Of a DNA stretch of 26,725 nt, positions 1 through 9,923 are shown piece by piece (within the stretch, counting starts at the first letter, position 1; the number at the start of each line of letters is the position of its first letter). The DNA is from a virus. Taxonomy: Duplodnaviria > Caudoviricetes. The position numbers and the translations under genes were made by a program. The stretch spans positions 1-26,725 of the IMG/VR virus record IMGVR_UViG_3300037991_004403; one strand, given 5' to 3'. The notes beneath the pieces are model-generated. The model searched no databases, was not told where the DNA came from, and was given only the letters and a program-made list of their open reading frames with translations.

Positions 1-53
1 GTTTTTAGGTTCCACTTACCAGCGTTTGCTTTTGAAGTAACAACAATTTTCAT
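1..53 (-). CDS. 5' part of a hypothetical protein running off the window edge (MKIVVTSKANAGKWNLK...)
   Basis: ATG at 53 preceded by GGGGG-aaca RBS-like run just after the stop of the LamG gene; frame open to position 1; not in the ORF track. Confidence 0.6.
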   Translation of the reverse strand, partial: MKIVVTSKANAGKWNLK

Positions 54-62
54 TGTTCCCCC

Positions 63-758
63 CTATGGATGCGCCGGTAATCCGGCATAATAATCTCTAA
101 GTATTTCGTCAGCAGATAAAGTGCGATTATAAAAACGCACGATGTCGCAGCGGCCTTCAAGATAAGCTGCGCTATTTTGGGCGCGCCCGACTTCCCAGTC
201 AACCGGGTCGTTGTCCATTGGGCCACCGGGCGCAATAGAACCCTCAAGGGCACCGTCGACGTAGAGGCGCAGGTTCGTGCCATCGTATGTCACCATGTAG
301 TGATGCCAGTTGTTGTCGGCGTAATCATGCGTACCAGTAATACCCTTTAGGGAATTGCCGACGAATATGCCGGCGAAAGGGAAGCCGTCACTATCCCTTT
401 GACTTAGAATGAAACAACGACTTCCTAGGTTATCTCGACTAATAAGGCGCTCAAACGCCGATCCTGGTGCTGCGTCGTCTTGACTGGCCCATGCTGTTAC
501 TGACCAATTATTTGTAAACTGTAACTTAGTAGGGTTGCCAATGTTTACAAACGACTCACCGTTGAAGTTAGGCCAGGTAAACGCAGCACCTATAGTTCCA
601 TCTGTGCCATTGGCAGGGTTAGGCATCAGGTCATACCAAGTTGTACCACCGTGACTCAGCCGCTCGTAGCGAGCGGTTGCGTCACCGGTCACATCAGGCT
701 GGTAAACGCTCCTGCTGGACGCTTCAGTACCCCCGTGAATGTGCCGCTTCCTTGGCAT
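63..758 (-). CDS. LamG-like jelly-roll (concanavalin A-like lectin/glucanase superfamily) protein, probable virion/receptor-binding accessory
   Basis: Typical LamG signatures: WSVTAW, NNWHHYMVTYDGTNLRLYVDG, YLEGRCDIVRFYNRTLSADEI. Start moved from 773 to ATG 758 (MPRKRH), which follows GGAAGG and sits just past the upstream stop at 761. Confidence 0.85.
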   Translation of the reverse strand: MPRKRHIHGGTEASSRSVYQPDVTGDATARYERLSHGGTTWYDLMPNPANGTDGTIGAAFTWPNFNGESFVNIGNPTKLQFTNNWSVTAWASQDDAAPGSAFERLISRDNLGSRCFILSQRDSDGFPFAGIFVGNSLKGITGTHDYADNNWHHYMVTYDGTNLRLYVDGALEGSIAPGGPMDNDPVDWEVGRAQNSAAYLEGRCDIVRFYNRTLSADEILRDYYAGLPAHP

Positions 759-760
759 CT

Positions 761-1150
761 CTAACCTTCCCACCGTGCCGGCCCGCTTGGGCGCATATCG
801 TAATGCACAAATGTGTTGTAACTTCCTATACCACCGTTTGGGATTTTTCCAGAGGCAACCAACTCGTTGATTACTGATTTGAGCCGGTCAAGCTCGTGCT
901 CACTGAACACCGATGGCGTGAGGTCAGCGGCGCGTGCTTCCACATGTTGCGACCGGGTAGCCCCACCAATCCTTTTATTATAGTCGGGGTCTCTGTATCC
1001 ACTGTTGACTCGGATAGGTTTACCAAAGTGATTTCTAATCGTTTGCAGGGTCCAAGCCAAGTGGCGCAGGCGATCAGGATAAGGGCAGTGCGCACCGCTG
1101 TTGCAGTTTAGTTCCGCTTCACTAAAGTTTGGGGGGAATCCTTGGGACAT
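761..1150 (-). CDS. Peptidase M15 (Zn D-Ala-D-Ala peptidase fold) peptidoglycan hydrolase, putative endolysin
   Basis: Motifs PIRVNSGYR-x4-N, SQH-x4-AAD and GIGSYNTFVHYDMR (H-x6-D ... HxD zinc ligands) of M15A/YcbK-like enzymes. Confidence 0.9.
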   Translation of the reverse strand: MSQGFPPNFSEAELNCNSGAHCPYPDRLRHLAWTLQTIRNHFGKPIRVNSGYRDPDYNKRIGGATRSQHVEARAADLTPSVFSEHELDRLKSVINELVASGKIPNGGIGSYNTFVHYDMRPSGPARWEG

Positions 1151-1152
1151 GA

Positions 1153-4100
1153 TCAGCCTCCATCAGCTTCTGTCATTTTATCAAACACGGGAGCCAGCGG
1201 CGGGGGAACCTCAGTGCGTTGTTCGACTGCTTTTTTAGCTTTTGTTTCTTCCCTATCTTTGGCGTCAATGGCGTCCCCTAAACGCTTAGCTTCTGCTGCA
1301 TAAACCTCGCTCACAAACTTGTTTGTTTTCTCTAAATGCAGTGCCAGTGCTTCAAGTTTCGCTTCCCCCTCTGGCGGCAACTTTTGTTTGCCATAGCGAG
1401 CTTGCAGCTTTTTTTGTTCTTTCTTAAGTTCTCTTTTGATTTCTTTGTCAGTAATACTTGCCAGGGCATTGACCACCTTGGCTGCTTGGTCAGGGTCAAG
1501 CTCCATCAACCGGCGCCCCGTCCAAATGCGCAGCAAATGCGAACCAATATCGTAACGCACTGCCTGATTATTTTCTAATGATCGGTCATAGGTGCTGAAA
1601 TATTCATAAAGGTTTTGACCTTCACTGAGCACAGCGTCAGCAGGCAACTTGTCGAGGGCAATCGTGGCAGCGGTGTCAATGCCAGCTTGAATAAAGCCCG
1701 GAATCAATCGCGCCCCGATTAGTGCAAAATAATCTTTTGGTTCTATGGCTCGCTGATAACGATCCTCTGAGGTTGCAATCTCAGTGAATAACCCAGTAAC
1801 CAAACCAGTATCCCAAAGAATACGGGCAATCTCACGAGTCGGCGGCCGCTTGCGGTTTAGTGCCTGCTGGATTTTCTTGTCTGTTTCGCTGCGGGTAAAG
1901 CCCTGCATAGCCTCGATTGCATTAGCTAATCCAATCGTAAAGTTCCGGGTGCCCATGCTTTGCGCAACATAAGAACCCGGCTCAAGCCATGACGCCATTG
2001 CTACCCATTGCGGAAGTGCCTGCTTTAGAACGTTGTCGCCTTGCGTTTCGGTGTCCCGAGTAGCCAGCAAAATTGACGCCCTTCGCATGTCCGCAAAACT
2101 CTGACGCCTGTACTGACGCGCTGCAATGAAAGGGTCTGTACTCAGTGCTGGCATCTTGCCAAACACTGCTTGGGTACCCATGCCCTTTTTAATAAAAGGC
2201 AAATCCAAAGACTTCCACGCCCACGTTTTGAACGGGCCAAAACCGAGCGCATCCCAGTTTCTGGCTAGTGTAACCCAACCCGGCACAACATTATAATCAA
2301 AGTATAATGAGTTTGCATAACCAACAGATGCGTCAATCTTTAGCTGTTCTAATTTGTCGAGTGCCTGAGCCCCTTTATAAGTGCGGTTTCCAATAACCAC
2401 CTCATACTCATCGGGTGGTATAATGGTATCCTCACGCAATTCGCGTTTGGTTTTTGCTCTTAGTTTTCGTTGGTCTTTACGAAAAGGTCTGAACTCCGAT
2501 TTCACTCGGTACACAGTGCCAAGCAGTTTGTTGTTTTGGCTTGGGTCTACAAACGTGTATGATGTGCCTGGAGCCATATCAAACACGTCCTCATCCAGTT
2601 GCCGCAGAGCTTTGCGAGTATCCGTCAGTTTGAATATTGAATCACCTGCTTGATAAGCAGCGTCAGCGGTTTTCATAATAGTGCCAACAACTGGCAGTTT
2701 ACGCCATCCACTGGTCAGATTGTCTGCTGCCCGATATGCTGGATTGCTATAATACGCATCAAGCACCATGTTGGCCTCACCATTTAGTAAGTTTGCGTTG
2801 CGTAAGCCTTTATCAAAAATTGCTTTGAGCCTACCCTGTTCAACGACTGACAACTTTTCAGGGTTCTTAGTAAATGTCCGCCACAACTGTGCGTTATTCA
2901 TAAGCTCTATGTACACCTGCTCTGGCAAGGAGCCGTCACGCGTCATCTTTGCGAACACGTTACTTACAACATTCGTTAGTGCTGTTGCTGGTCGCTGTGT
3001 GGTCAGGTTGCGTTTGATCGCTGATGAAGTGTTGCGCATCATCCCAAGAAAGCTATCGCCTTGATTCATTGCCCTAGTGGAACTGAAGGCCCAACCAAGC
3101 GTCGAAGTCATTGACCCGCCAAAGTTGCTGTCTACATACATATCACCAAGGTCGCCAAGTATGCGGCTGTGCCCCGACATGTCCTCACCAGCAACCGGCA
3201 TTTTCTTACCAACAATGCCCGCACTTGCTTCAGCCTGCGCCATTTTCGGTGCCTTCTGTTGCTCAAATGATGGCAGGGCGTATTGCTTCCAAGCTGTGTA
3301 AGAGTTTGTGCCTCTGTTTAGTTTAGATGCAGCCTCTGTCACCATTGCCATGGCTTCCGTTTCTGACTTGCCCGTTATTTCCATGACCCGCTTGACTACT
3401 GAGGGGTTAGGTGCCGAGCCCTGACCACCGGCAGTCGTAAGCAAACGAGATTCTAACAAGGCTGGTTTACCTTTGAGCACCATAGGCAAACGACCGTTGT
3501 TAGTCACATCCACAGCAATCTCTGCCAGATACGCAACTGACGGATTGTTTACCGACGAGCGCAAAAACGCTTCAGTGCCAAACTCTCGTGCTAACATTTT
3601 AGCAACAGCAGCCTCTTCTAGTTTGCTGCTTAGCTGGTTGCCCATTGTAGTAATGGCATCTTGTTGTGACTCACGCACCAGTTTCGCCATGCCAGGGCGT
3701 TTCTCATCAGCAATAAACTTGCCAAACAACTTTGACATAGCAACAGTTGCCGGAGCTTCCCCTGGCACAGTTGCCAACTGAAACACTGGATCAATAACTG
3801 TAAACTCGCTGCCTCTTGTGCGTCCGAACGCAAAGTCGTTGACTAGCTTTTCCACTGCCGCAAGGTTTGCTGTACGGGTTGCTGCTCCGCCTTGTAAAAC
3901 CTGACCTTCTGACAGTTTATTATATACGAACTTGCTGAACTGCTGCCGCATTTGAGGAGCACGCAACAGGTTAGCACTAGCGTTATCGAATAAAATGCCG
4001 CCAAACATATCCATATAAAACTGTCGGGTAAGGTTGACCCCGCCGCCAACACCAGCAGCCTGACCGCTCCCAAGGTCCAGTGCTGATCGACGCAAAGAAT

Positions 4101-7100
4101 CCACAGCTTTATTAAAGCCCATGTCAGACTCAGCCAAGTCTTTCGACAGCCTATATAATGCTTTCAAACCAACTGACGCATCATCAGGCGTAAATAAGTT
4201 GATGGCTTGCACAGCTTGCGAAAACGGAAGGCCCTGCTGGGTAGACGCATCAGCAATCTTTGGGGCCACTACCCGAGGGTCAAACCCGTCTGGCAATGCT
4301 CCTGTCTCACGGTAAATTGCTAACTCGTCAGGATTGAGATAATCAAAACTACCAACAGCACCACGCCCTGCTTTCGGGGTAAACACCACTGGAGTCGGCT
4401 GATAACGCACTTGTGTTCTACCGAAACGTGTCTCACCCATAATGCTCTCAAGCGCTTCAACACGCTGCCTGCGCAGGTCAGCATCCAAAGCGTTCAGGTC
4501 ATCATCAATTTTATCAAGTGCGTCTTGACCTCGCTTTTTAGTGCGCTCGATAAGAGCATCAGACCGTGCGGTTTGCTTTGCAACATCACGTTGCACCTTG
4601 CTGCCAACCTCTTCCTCTAGCCTGCGCTGAACATTAGCTAAGTCATCTTGAAGACTGCGCGCTGCCGCTGCTCGCTGCTCTTGTAAATACTCGACGTATT
4701 GAGCACGAGATGCAGCAATAGCCTCATCAGTATCACCACCCAACCGCTTGACCGCTTCATAGTCATCAAGCAGGCGCAACTGCCGGTCGTTTATTTCTTT
4801 CAGGATAGCTCGCTGCTCGTTGGTCATCATGTCGCCAGATTGACGATTGTTCAGACGAGCCTGCAATGTTTTGACCCGTGCCTGCTCACTTGCAATCAAC
4901 GCATCTAAATCAGCAGCGGTTTTATTTTTTGACGACTCTAGCAACTCATCAAGAAACGCTATGTTACCCTCAACTGATTGACCCCAACGCGTACGCATTG
5001 TGTCTCGCACTTCGTTGTAGCGTTTTTCTACTGCATTATTTTTCTTTAATTTTGCTACGGCTTTTGCGGACTCTGCCTTTGCTTTGGCTATTGCGGCTTT
5101 TTTGTTTTCTTCTGCTCTTTCAAGCCGTCTTTTGTTGCGCTCTTCTTGCCGTGCTCGTTTTCGTTGCAACTCAGCAACGCCTGCAACGATACCTGTTTCT
5201 TCTGACAGGTCTACCGCTAGATTCATGCGGCCCATTTCTTCTTGAAAAGTATCAGTGCGCAGTTGTCTGTAAGAGTTTTCAGCATCAGTCAAAGCAGCTT
5301 GGTTTTGCTCTGACGGCTTCTTAGCCGCCGCCTCTTTGGCCTCTTCCAATTTATTATATGCGGCGACCACGGCAGGGTCTGCATCGACCTGAGCAATAAT
5401 CTCACTGCGTTGCTGATAGGCTCGTTGCACAAGATTATCGAAATCCTCTTTCGTCATCTTCTGCTTTACCATGTTGAAAAGGTCAGTCATGTCTGACTCA
5501 CCACGAGCAACCGCCGCACGCATTTCATCTAAGAATTGTGACGCTTTCATTGTGCCAAACGGGTCAAGCTGTGTTGCAATGTTGCTAAACAGTCTGCTTG
5601 TCCACGCTTCTGCTTGCGCCACTTTTGGCCGGCTCTGAAAACGAGCGGCCCCTTTTGTTCCGGCCATCTTCCGCAACTGAGCCATGTGTGCAACACCTAG
5701 AGCACCAGGCACTAAAGCCAGCATGGTATCTGATACATCGCCATCACTAACGCCATAAGTAAGAGCCGCCAACTGAGCCGCTGTCTTCGGCGAGGTGAAC
5801 CCATCTTTAAGACGCATTTTAGGTAAGGGCTTATTGTTAGCCAAAGCATTGGCTGCCTCATCAATAAAGTCATCCCTTAGAAACAACTTGGCAAGACGTG
5901 CTTCGATGGCCCGGCCTGCGCCCGTTCTAAGGTTTGCCCGCATCTGAGCAATGATTTGATCCCGCCGATTGACGGGCACATCAACCCAATAAAGGTCCGG
6001 GTCTCTAAGGTTGACCCCGGCTCGGTCTGCCATTTTGTTTATCTTATCAAGCACAGCACCAGCAGATGCAGATCCAGCAGACTTGAGCATACGCGCCATC
6101 GGCAGAAACGCCATAAGCGTTGTAATCGGTTGTGTCCGCAAGGACTTTTGAAAGTGCTCGGGAGATGCGAAAATAGCCTTCATAGCGCCAGCGATTGCGC
6201 CTGGAAACTGCTCGCCCTTTGCAAACCCCATGGCAAACGACTTGCTCATCTTATCAAAGAAAGTGTCGTCAGCAGTAGCTTTGACGCCATACTTGCCAGT
6301 CTCAAGGTCTCTAATCCAATCAAGAAACGAAGGGGCTACAATGGACGAAAGCTCGCCGATGCCGGCTATGTTGTCGCCTAAGTCATCAGCAACATTTGTC
6401 CAAAAGCCATACCCCCCAGTGCGTCGCAGGCGATCCTGCTGAAGTTTCTCCATGGCCTGCATGGTTTGATCAATGCCTTGCTTATAGGATTCGCCGCCAC
6501 GAGACCGGGCATATTCATCATAATTTTTCTGTAGCTCGTAATACTGCCGTTCTAAATTTTCTCGAACGCTCTTGGGTAAGCCAGGAATGTTACTGAGTAA
6601 GCCAAATGTCGCCTCGGTGCCGAGCATAAGGCCAGTTCCGCCAATCGCTCCAGCCAGGCCGCCACCTGCGTGCAATACGCCCGAGCCCACTTTGCCCGCA
6701 AACCCAACCTCGTCTTCACCAAAGAACTGACCCGTGCGGTCTGCAACCTTAGCGTCTAAGTTCAACTTAGAAAACTCACGAGCCTTTGCGTTTAGCTCTG
6801 GGTTGTTCCGGATGCGCCGGCCGTATTCAATAACCGTCTCTTCTGGCCTACGCTCAAACTCTGTATACTTGCCCGACCGGTAAGCACCACGACCCTGCAT
6901 AACCACCGGGTCGGCTGCGGTAATACCTTTGGTCCCTTTGAACTGACCAGCCAGCAATGGCTCATCCATAGCCTTGCCTAATGCAAAGGCTTCTTTTTCT
7001 TCATCCGTTTCTGGTGCCCGTGTGACAAACTCTTTGTCTTCTGGCTCGGTCATAACCTGCGGGACTTCACGCTCAGCACTTATAAATGCCTCGCCGACAG

Positions 7101-7425
7101 CTTCCGCTTGCTGTTTGGCTGTCTCCTGCACCGGTAACGAAACGCCTAAACCCTCTTGTATATCGCTGCGCCTGGCAATCGACATCGGGACTGACCCGAT
7201 CGTGGTGTCACCAATCTGTACGTCACCCTCTTCAGACAGACCAGGCACAACTAAGTCTTGCTCAGGCCGCTGCACGCCGCCCGGAACCAAAACAAAGTCT
7301 AACGAATCCTTGAGATTAGCTGGCTCAATTCCGTGGTTGTCTTTGAGCCATTGCGCTGCACCGTCAAAATCATCTGGATAAGCCGCTCTAGCCTCTGTCA
7401 ACCATTGACGAACAGTTTTTGCCAT
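1153..7425 (-). CDS. Giant (2090 aa) putative internal virion / DNA ejection protein
   Basis: Very long intact ORF, last of a series after the tail genes of a podovirus-like module; long charged coiled-coil in the middle, Gly/Ala-rich hydrophobic segments; no recognisable catalytic motif. Function inferred from position and size. Confidence 0.6.
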   Translation of the reverse strand: MAKTVRQWLTEARAAYPDDFDGAAQWLKDNHGIEPANLKDSLDFVLVPGGVQRPEQDLVVPGLSEEGDVQIGDTTIGSVPMSIARRSDIQEGLGVSLPVQETAKQQAEAVGEAFISAEREVPQVMTEPEDKEFVTRAPETDEEKEAFALGKAMDEPLLAGQFKGTKGITAADPVVMQGRGAYRSGKYTEFERRPEETVIEYGRRIRNNPELNAKAREFSKLNLDAKVADRTGQFFGEDEVGFAGKVGSGVLHAGGGLAGAIGGTGLMLGTEATFGLLSNIPGLPKSVRENLERQYYELQKNYDEYARSRGGESYKQGIDQTMQAMEKLQQDRLRRTGGYGFWTNVADDLGDNIAGIGELSSIVAPSFLDWIRDLETGKYGVKATADDTFFDKMSKSFAMGFAKGEQFPGAIAGAMKAIFASPEHFQKSLRTQPITTLMAFLPMARMLKSAGSASAGAVLDKINKMADRAGVNLRDPDLYWVDVPVNRRDQIIAQMRANLRTGAGRAIEARLAKLFLRDDFIDEAANALANNKPLPKMRLKDGFTSPKTAAQLAALTYGVSDGDVSDTMLALVPGALGVAHMAQLRKMAGTKGAARFQSRPKVAQAEAWTSRLFSNIATQLDPFGTMKASQFLDEMRAAVARGESDMTDLFNMVKQKMTKEDFDNLVQRAYQQRSEIIAQVDADPAVVAAYNKLEEAKEAAAKKPSEQNQAALTDAENSYRQLRTDTFQEEMGRMNLAVDLSEETGIVAGVAELQRKRARQEERNKRRLERAEENKKAAIAKAKAESAKAVAKLKKNNAVEKRYNEVRDTMRTRWGQSVEGNIAFLDELLESSKNKTAADLDALIASEQARVKTLQARLNNRQSGDMMTNEQRAILKEINDRQLRLLDDYEAVKRLGGDTDEAIAASRAQYVEYLQEQRAAAARSLQDDLANVQRRLEEEVGSKVQRDVAKQTARSDALIERTKKRGQDALDKIDDDLNALDADLRRQRVEALESIMGETRFGRTQVRYQPTPVVFTPKAGRGAVGSFDYLNPDELAIYRETGALPDGFDPRVVAPKIADASTQQGLPFSQAVQAINLFTPDDASVGLKALYRLSKDLAESDMGFNKAVDSLRRSALDLGSGQAAGVGGGVNLTRQFYMDMFGGILFDNASANLLRAPQMRQQFSKFVYNKLSEGQVLQGGAATRTANLAAVEKLVNDFAFGRTRGSEFTVIDPVFQLATVPGEAPATVAMSKLFGKFIADEKRPGMAKLVRESQQDAITTMGNQLSSKLEEAAVAKMLAREFGTEAFLRSSVNNPSVAYLAEIAVDVTNNGRLPMVLKGKPALLESRLLTTAGGQGSAPNPSVVKRVMEITGKSETEAMAMVTEAASKLNRGTNSYTAWKQYALPSFEQQKAPKMAQAEASAGIVGKKMPVAGEDMSGHSRILGDLGDMYVDSNFGGSMTSTLGWAFSSTRAMNQGDSFLGMMRNTSSAIKRNLTTQRPATALTNVVSNVFAKMTRDGSLPEQVYIELMNNAQLWRTFTKNPEKLSVVEQGRLKAIFDKGLRNANLLNGEANMVLDAYYSNPAYRAADNLTSGWRKLPVVGTIMKTADAAYQAGDSIFKLTDTRKALRQLDEDVFDMAPGTSYTFVDPSQNNKLLGTVYRVKSEFRPFRKDQRKLRAKTKRELREDTIIPPDEYEVVIGNRTYKGAQALDKLEQLKIDASVGYANSLYFDYNVVPGWVTLARNWDALGFGPFKTWAWKSLDLPFIKKGMGTQAVFGKMPALSTDPFIAARQYRRQSFADMRRASILLATRDTETQGDNVLKQALPQWVAMASWLEPGSYVAQSMGTRNFTIGLANAIEAMQGFTRSETDKKIQQALNRKRPPTREIARILWDTGLVTGLFTEIATSEDRYQRAIEPKDYFALIGARLIPGFIQAGIDTAATIALDKLPADAVLSEGQNLYEYFSTYDRSLENNQAVRYDIGSHLLRIWTGRRLMELDPDQAAKVVNALASITDKEIKRELKKEQKKLQARYGKQKLPPEGEAKLEALALHLEKTNKFVSEVYAAEAKRLGDAIDAKDREETKAKKAVEQRTEVPPPLAPVFDKMTEADGG

Positions 7426-7429
7426 GAGT

Positions 7430-8818
7430 TTATTGCCTAATTCCTATAGCGTCGAACTTACTAGATCCGGCTGAAACGCCCGTGGCTTGTTCGGTTTCTG
7501 TAGCAAGAGCCCCTTGGTATGTGTCCCTCTGATCGCGTACAGCATCTTGTTCTTTTTGTATTTCTGCAAGTTGGCTTTCGAGGTTTTCACGCGTGCTTTG
7601 GCGCACAAACCCGCTACTAAGTTGGCGCAGAATATTGGTTTCCTGTCGGCGCAAATCAACAAGGTCATCATTAGCTTCTCTAAGCAAACCTTGCCATGTC
7701 CCGCGCATCTGACTAGCCATTGCTTTAATTTCTTTTTTCTCAGCGGTAGACGCCCGTTTCCTCATGTTTGCCAATATACCTTTTTGGTATGGTGTAAGTG
7801 TATTAAGCCTAGCAAGGCTTGCTTCCACTTTTTGGCCTTCAATAGCTAGTTTATCTTTTTGAAATGCCTCTTGCCCTTTACGTTTCGCAATACGCTCTTG
7901 CAGTGCAGCATCTAGCCCAGCAGCCCGCTGCTCTGCGGCAGCGGCTTTGCGCTCAATGTCTCTTTCTCGGACGAGTTCACGCTGGATAGCACCCGAGCGA
8001 TTGAAGTATTGACGTGCCATGTTGATGCGCTGCTGTGCTTCCGTCGCAGCACGCCGCTCATAACCACCACGATACAAATCCATTAGCGAACGTGGCTGCG
8101 CTTTGACCTGCTCAGCCTTCTGCAACTGTCGCAGTGCCTGCAACTCCAGCAGTCGGGACAACTGCAACCTGCGCTGATACTGATCGTTAGTGCGATCAAC
8201 ACCACGGGTTCGCATCCGCACTTGATCCATCGAACTTACGCCCGTTGGCTGCATGACTCCGCTCGTTGCAACCTGCTCAGCAAGCGGCTCTGTTGTTTCA
8301 GTGCTTGCCGGGGCGGTAGCCTGATCGAGAACTAGTTGCGCCGCTGCTGCTTGTTCAGCCTCTGGCACTGGCTCAGTAAACAAAAGGTTAGGGTTCATGC
8401 CACCCTTAGCAGCATCTTTGTATATACGACTTAAATTAGTGCTTTTGTCTTTTCCAAGAAGTTCATTGCCAAGCACTTCAATTGCAGCTTCCCCTTCGGG
8501 ATCAGGAGATAACATCGGCTTTGGTTCTAGAGCGGCTGTTTGATCAGGCCCTAGCCCGCGCTCCGAGTACCCCAAATCAACAGTGAACAACTCATTGCTT
8601 CCAGGGCTTGGGGTGTATCCTAATGTCGGGCTTACAAACGGTTCAGGCTGTCTTCGCCTTGGAACCACCTCAAAAGCTGGAGCATCACCGCCTGCGGTTA
8701 GTATTGGCCCCGGTGCTGTTGCCTCATTGATCGGGCTAAGGCCAGCCACAACACTGGCCAACAACTGTTCTTTTTCTTCAGGGCCAAGCTCAGCTAGGTA
8801 TTGATCGAGAAAGTCCAT
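7430..8818 (-). CDS. Putative ejection/internal virion protein (acidic Pro-rich N-half, coiled-coil C-half)
   Basis: 462-aa ORF packed between neighbours; Q/E/R/A-rich helical C-terminal half; position analogous to P22 gp20 / T7 gp15. Confidence 0.55.
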   Translation of the reverse strand: MDFLDQYLAELGPEEKEQLLASVVAGLSPINEATAPGPILTAGGDAPAFEVVPRRRQPEPFVSPTLGYTPSPGSNELFTVDLGYSERGLGPDQTAALEPKPMLSPDPEGEAAIEVLGNELLGKDKSTNLSRIYKDAAKGGMNPNLLFTEPVPEAEQAAAAQLVLDQATAPASTETTEPLAEQVATSGVMQPTGVSSMDQVRMRTRGVDRTNDQYQRRLQLSRLLELQALRQLQKAEQVKAQPRSLMDLYRGGYERRAATEAQQRINMARQYFNRSGAIQRELVRERDIERKAAAAEQRAAGLDAALQERIAKRKGQEAFQKDKLAIEGQKVEASLARLNTLTPYQKGILANMRKRASTAEKKEIKAMASQMRGTWQGLLREANDDLVDLRRQETNILRQLSSGFVRQSTRENLESQLAEIQKEQDAVRDQRDTYQGALATETEQATGVSAGSSKFDAIGIRQ

Positions 8819-8828
8819 GTGCTCAGCC

Positions 8829-9197
8829 TTATCTAAACCGTGGCATAGGTGCCAGAGTTGGCGTCATCAAACCGACCTGTACGCCCTGACCCAAACCACC
8901 CGGTAAGGTTTGACCACCCAAAGGCATCATCATTGGTGTAGCACTTTGCATAAGGGGCGGTGTGGGTGTCAAAACGTCGCTAGTGCCCTCAGCAATGAGC
9001 TTTTCAATTGCTTCCCTAAGCATTTTGTCCTGCTCTGTTTCGGCCCCTTCGCCGCCAAAGATTGGCAAGCCAGCGGCTGTTTTGACTGCTGCAATCGGCA
9101 AATCAACAAGAGCCGCTTCAGCCAGCTTGCGTTTAATTGCTGTGCCAATACCCATTTGACGTTTGGCAGGTACATCACCCCGCATAATGATTGCCAT
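8829..9197 (-). CDS. Hypothetical protein, probable small internal virion protein
   Basis: 122 aa, AGGGG RBS upstream, fills the gap between neighbours exactly; Met/Pro/Gly-rich C-terminus. Confidence 0.6.
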   Translation of the reverse strand: MAIIMRGDVPAKRQMGIGTAIKRKLAEAALVDLPIAAVKTAAGLPIFGGEGAETEQDKMLREAIEKLIAEGTSDVLTPTPPLMQSATPMMMPLGGQTLPGGLGQGVQVGLMTPTLAPMPRFR

Positions 9198-9206
9198 TGT
9201 TTGCCC

Positions 9207-9917
9207 CTATGCAATAAGTGTTCGGTCAGACTGACCTACTAGAGTCGCCTCGCTCATGTATAAACTATGTTCCACGGAACCCACTGGATACCTTGACGCT
9301 CTGCGCATAAGCTCGTCACGGTACTGATTCGCCGTGATACCAGAGGTATTTTTCAATGCTTCAATGTCGTTGACAATAGCCTGCATATTAGCAGCACCGG
9401 TTTGCACATCTCGCTGAGCAAAGCCTAACTCTGCCATTGCTTTCTGCCGCAACACGTTGCCAGTATCCACGGCTGACTGACCTAACATTTGATTGGCAGC
9501 CTGTGCCGCTTGCAGTGCTGTTTGCCGGCCAGACGCTTGCGATGCCCCACTGCCCAGCAATCCTTGAACCCCGGAGCTTGCTGCGGTTGCTGCGCCAACT
9601 GCGCCCATGTTGCCCATCAGCACCTTTAGGGCGTCCGCTCGTCTTTGGTTTTGCGCCGCAATAGCCTGATCGTAAGCCCCTGAAACACCCTGCCTTGCGC
9701 TGTCCAGCATTTGACTAAGTGCCTGTTGTTGTTCGTTTACCGCTGTCATGTCTGGCGGCTGTGCTGTCGCCGTTGTAGCACCAGGGGCCGGACTGCCCCA
9801 GGTTGGCAGATTTGAGCTATTAGAAGCACTTGGTGGATTTGTGTTACTAGAACCGCCGCCTGTATAATAATTATACAATTGCTTCAGACCGTCTACAGTT
9901 TTCCCTACAACACTCAT
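9207..9917 (-). CDS. Putative ejection (pilot) protein, Ala/Gly/Gln-rich
   Basis: 236 aa; low-complexity S/N/P N-terminus, AQ-rich helices and a GAVGAATAASSGVQGLLGSG segment, as seen in P22 gp7 / T7 gp14-type proteins (compositional analogy only). Confidence 0.55.
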   Translation of the reverse strand: MSVVGKTVDGLKQLYNYYTGGGSSNTNPPSASNSSNLPTWGSPAPGATTATAQPPDMTAVNEQQQALSQMLDSARQGVSGAYDQAIAAQNQRRADALKVLMGNMGAVGAATAASSGVQGLLGSGASQASGRQTALQAAQAANQMLGQSAVDTGNVLRQKAMAELGFAQRDVQTGAANMQAIVNDIEALKNTSGITANQYRDELMRRASRYPVGSVEHSLYMSEATLVGQSDRTLIA

Positions 9918-9923
9918 AAAAAC

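Noticed and set aside
7360-7380. DFDG in the N-terminus of the 2090-aa protein as an RNA polymerase DFDGD motif
   Set aside because: The sequence is DDFDGAA, lacking the final Asp, and lies within the first 25 residues with no polymerase context
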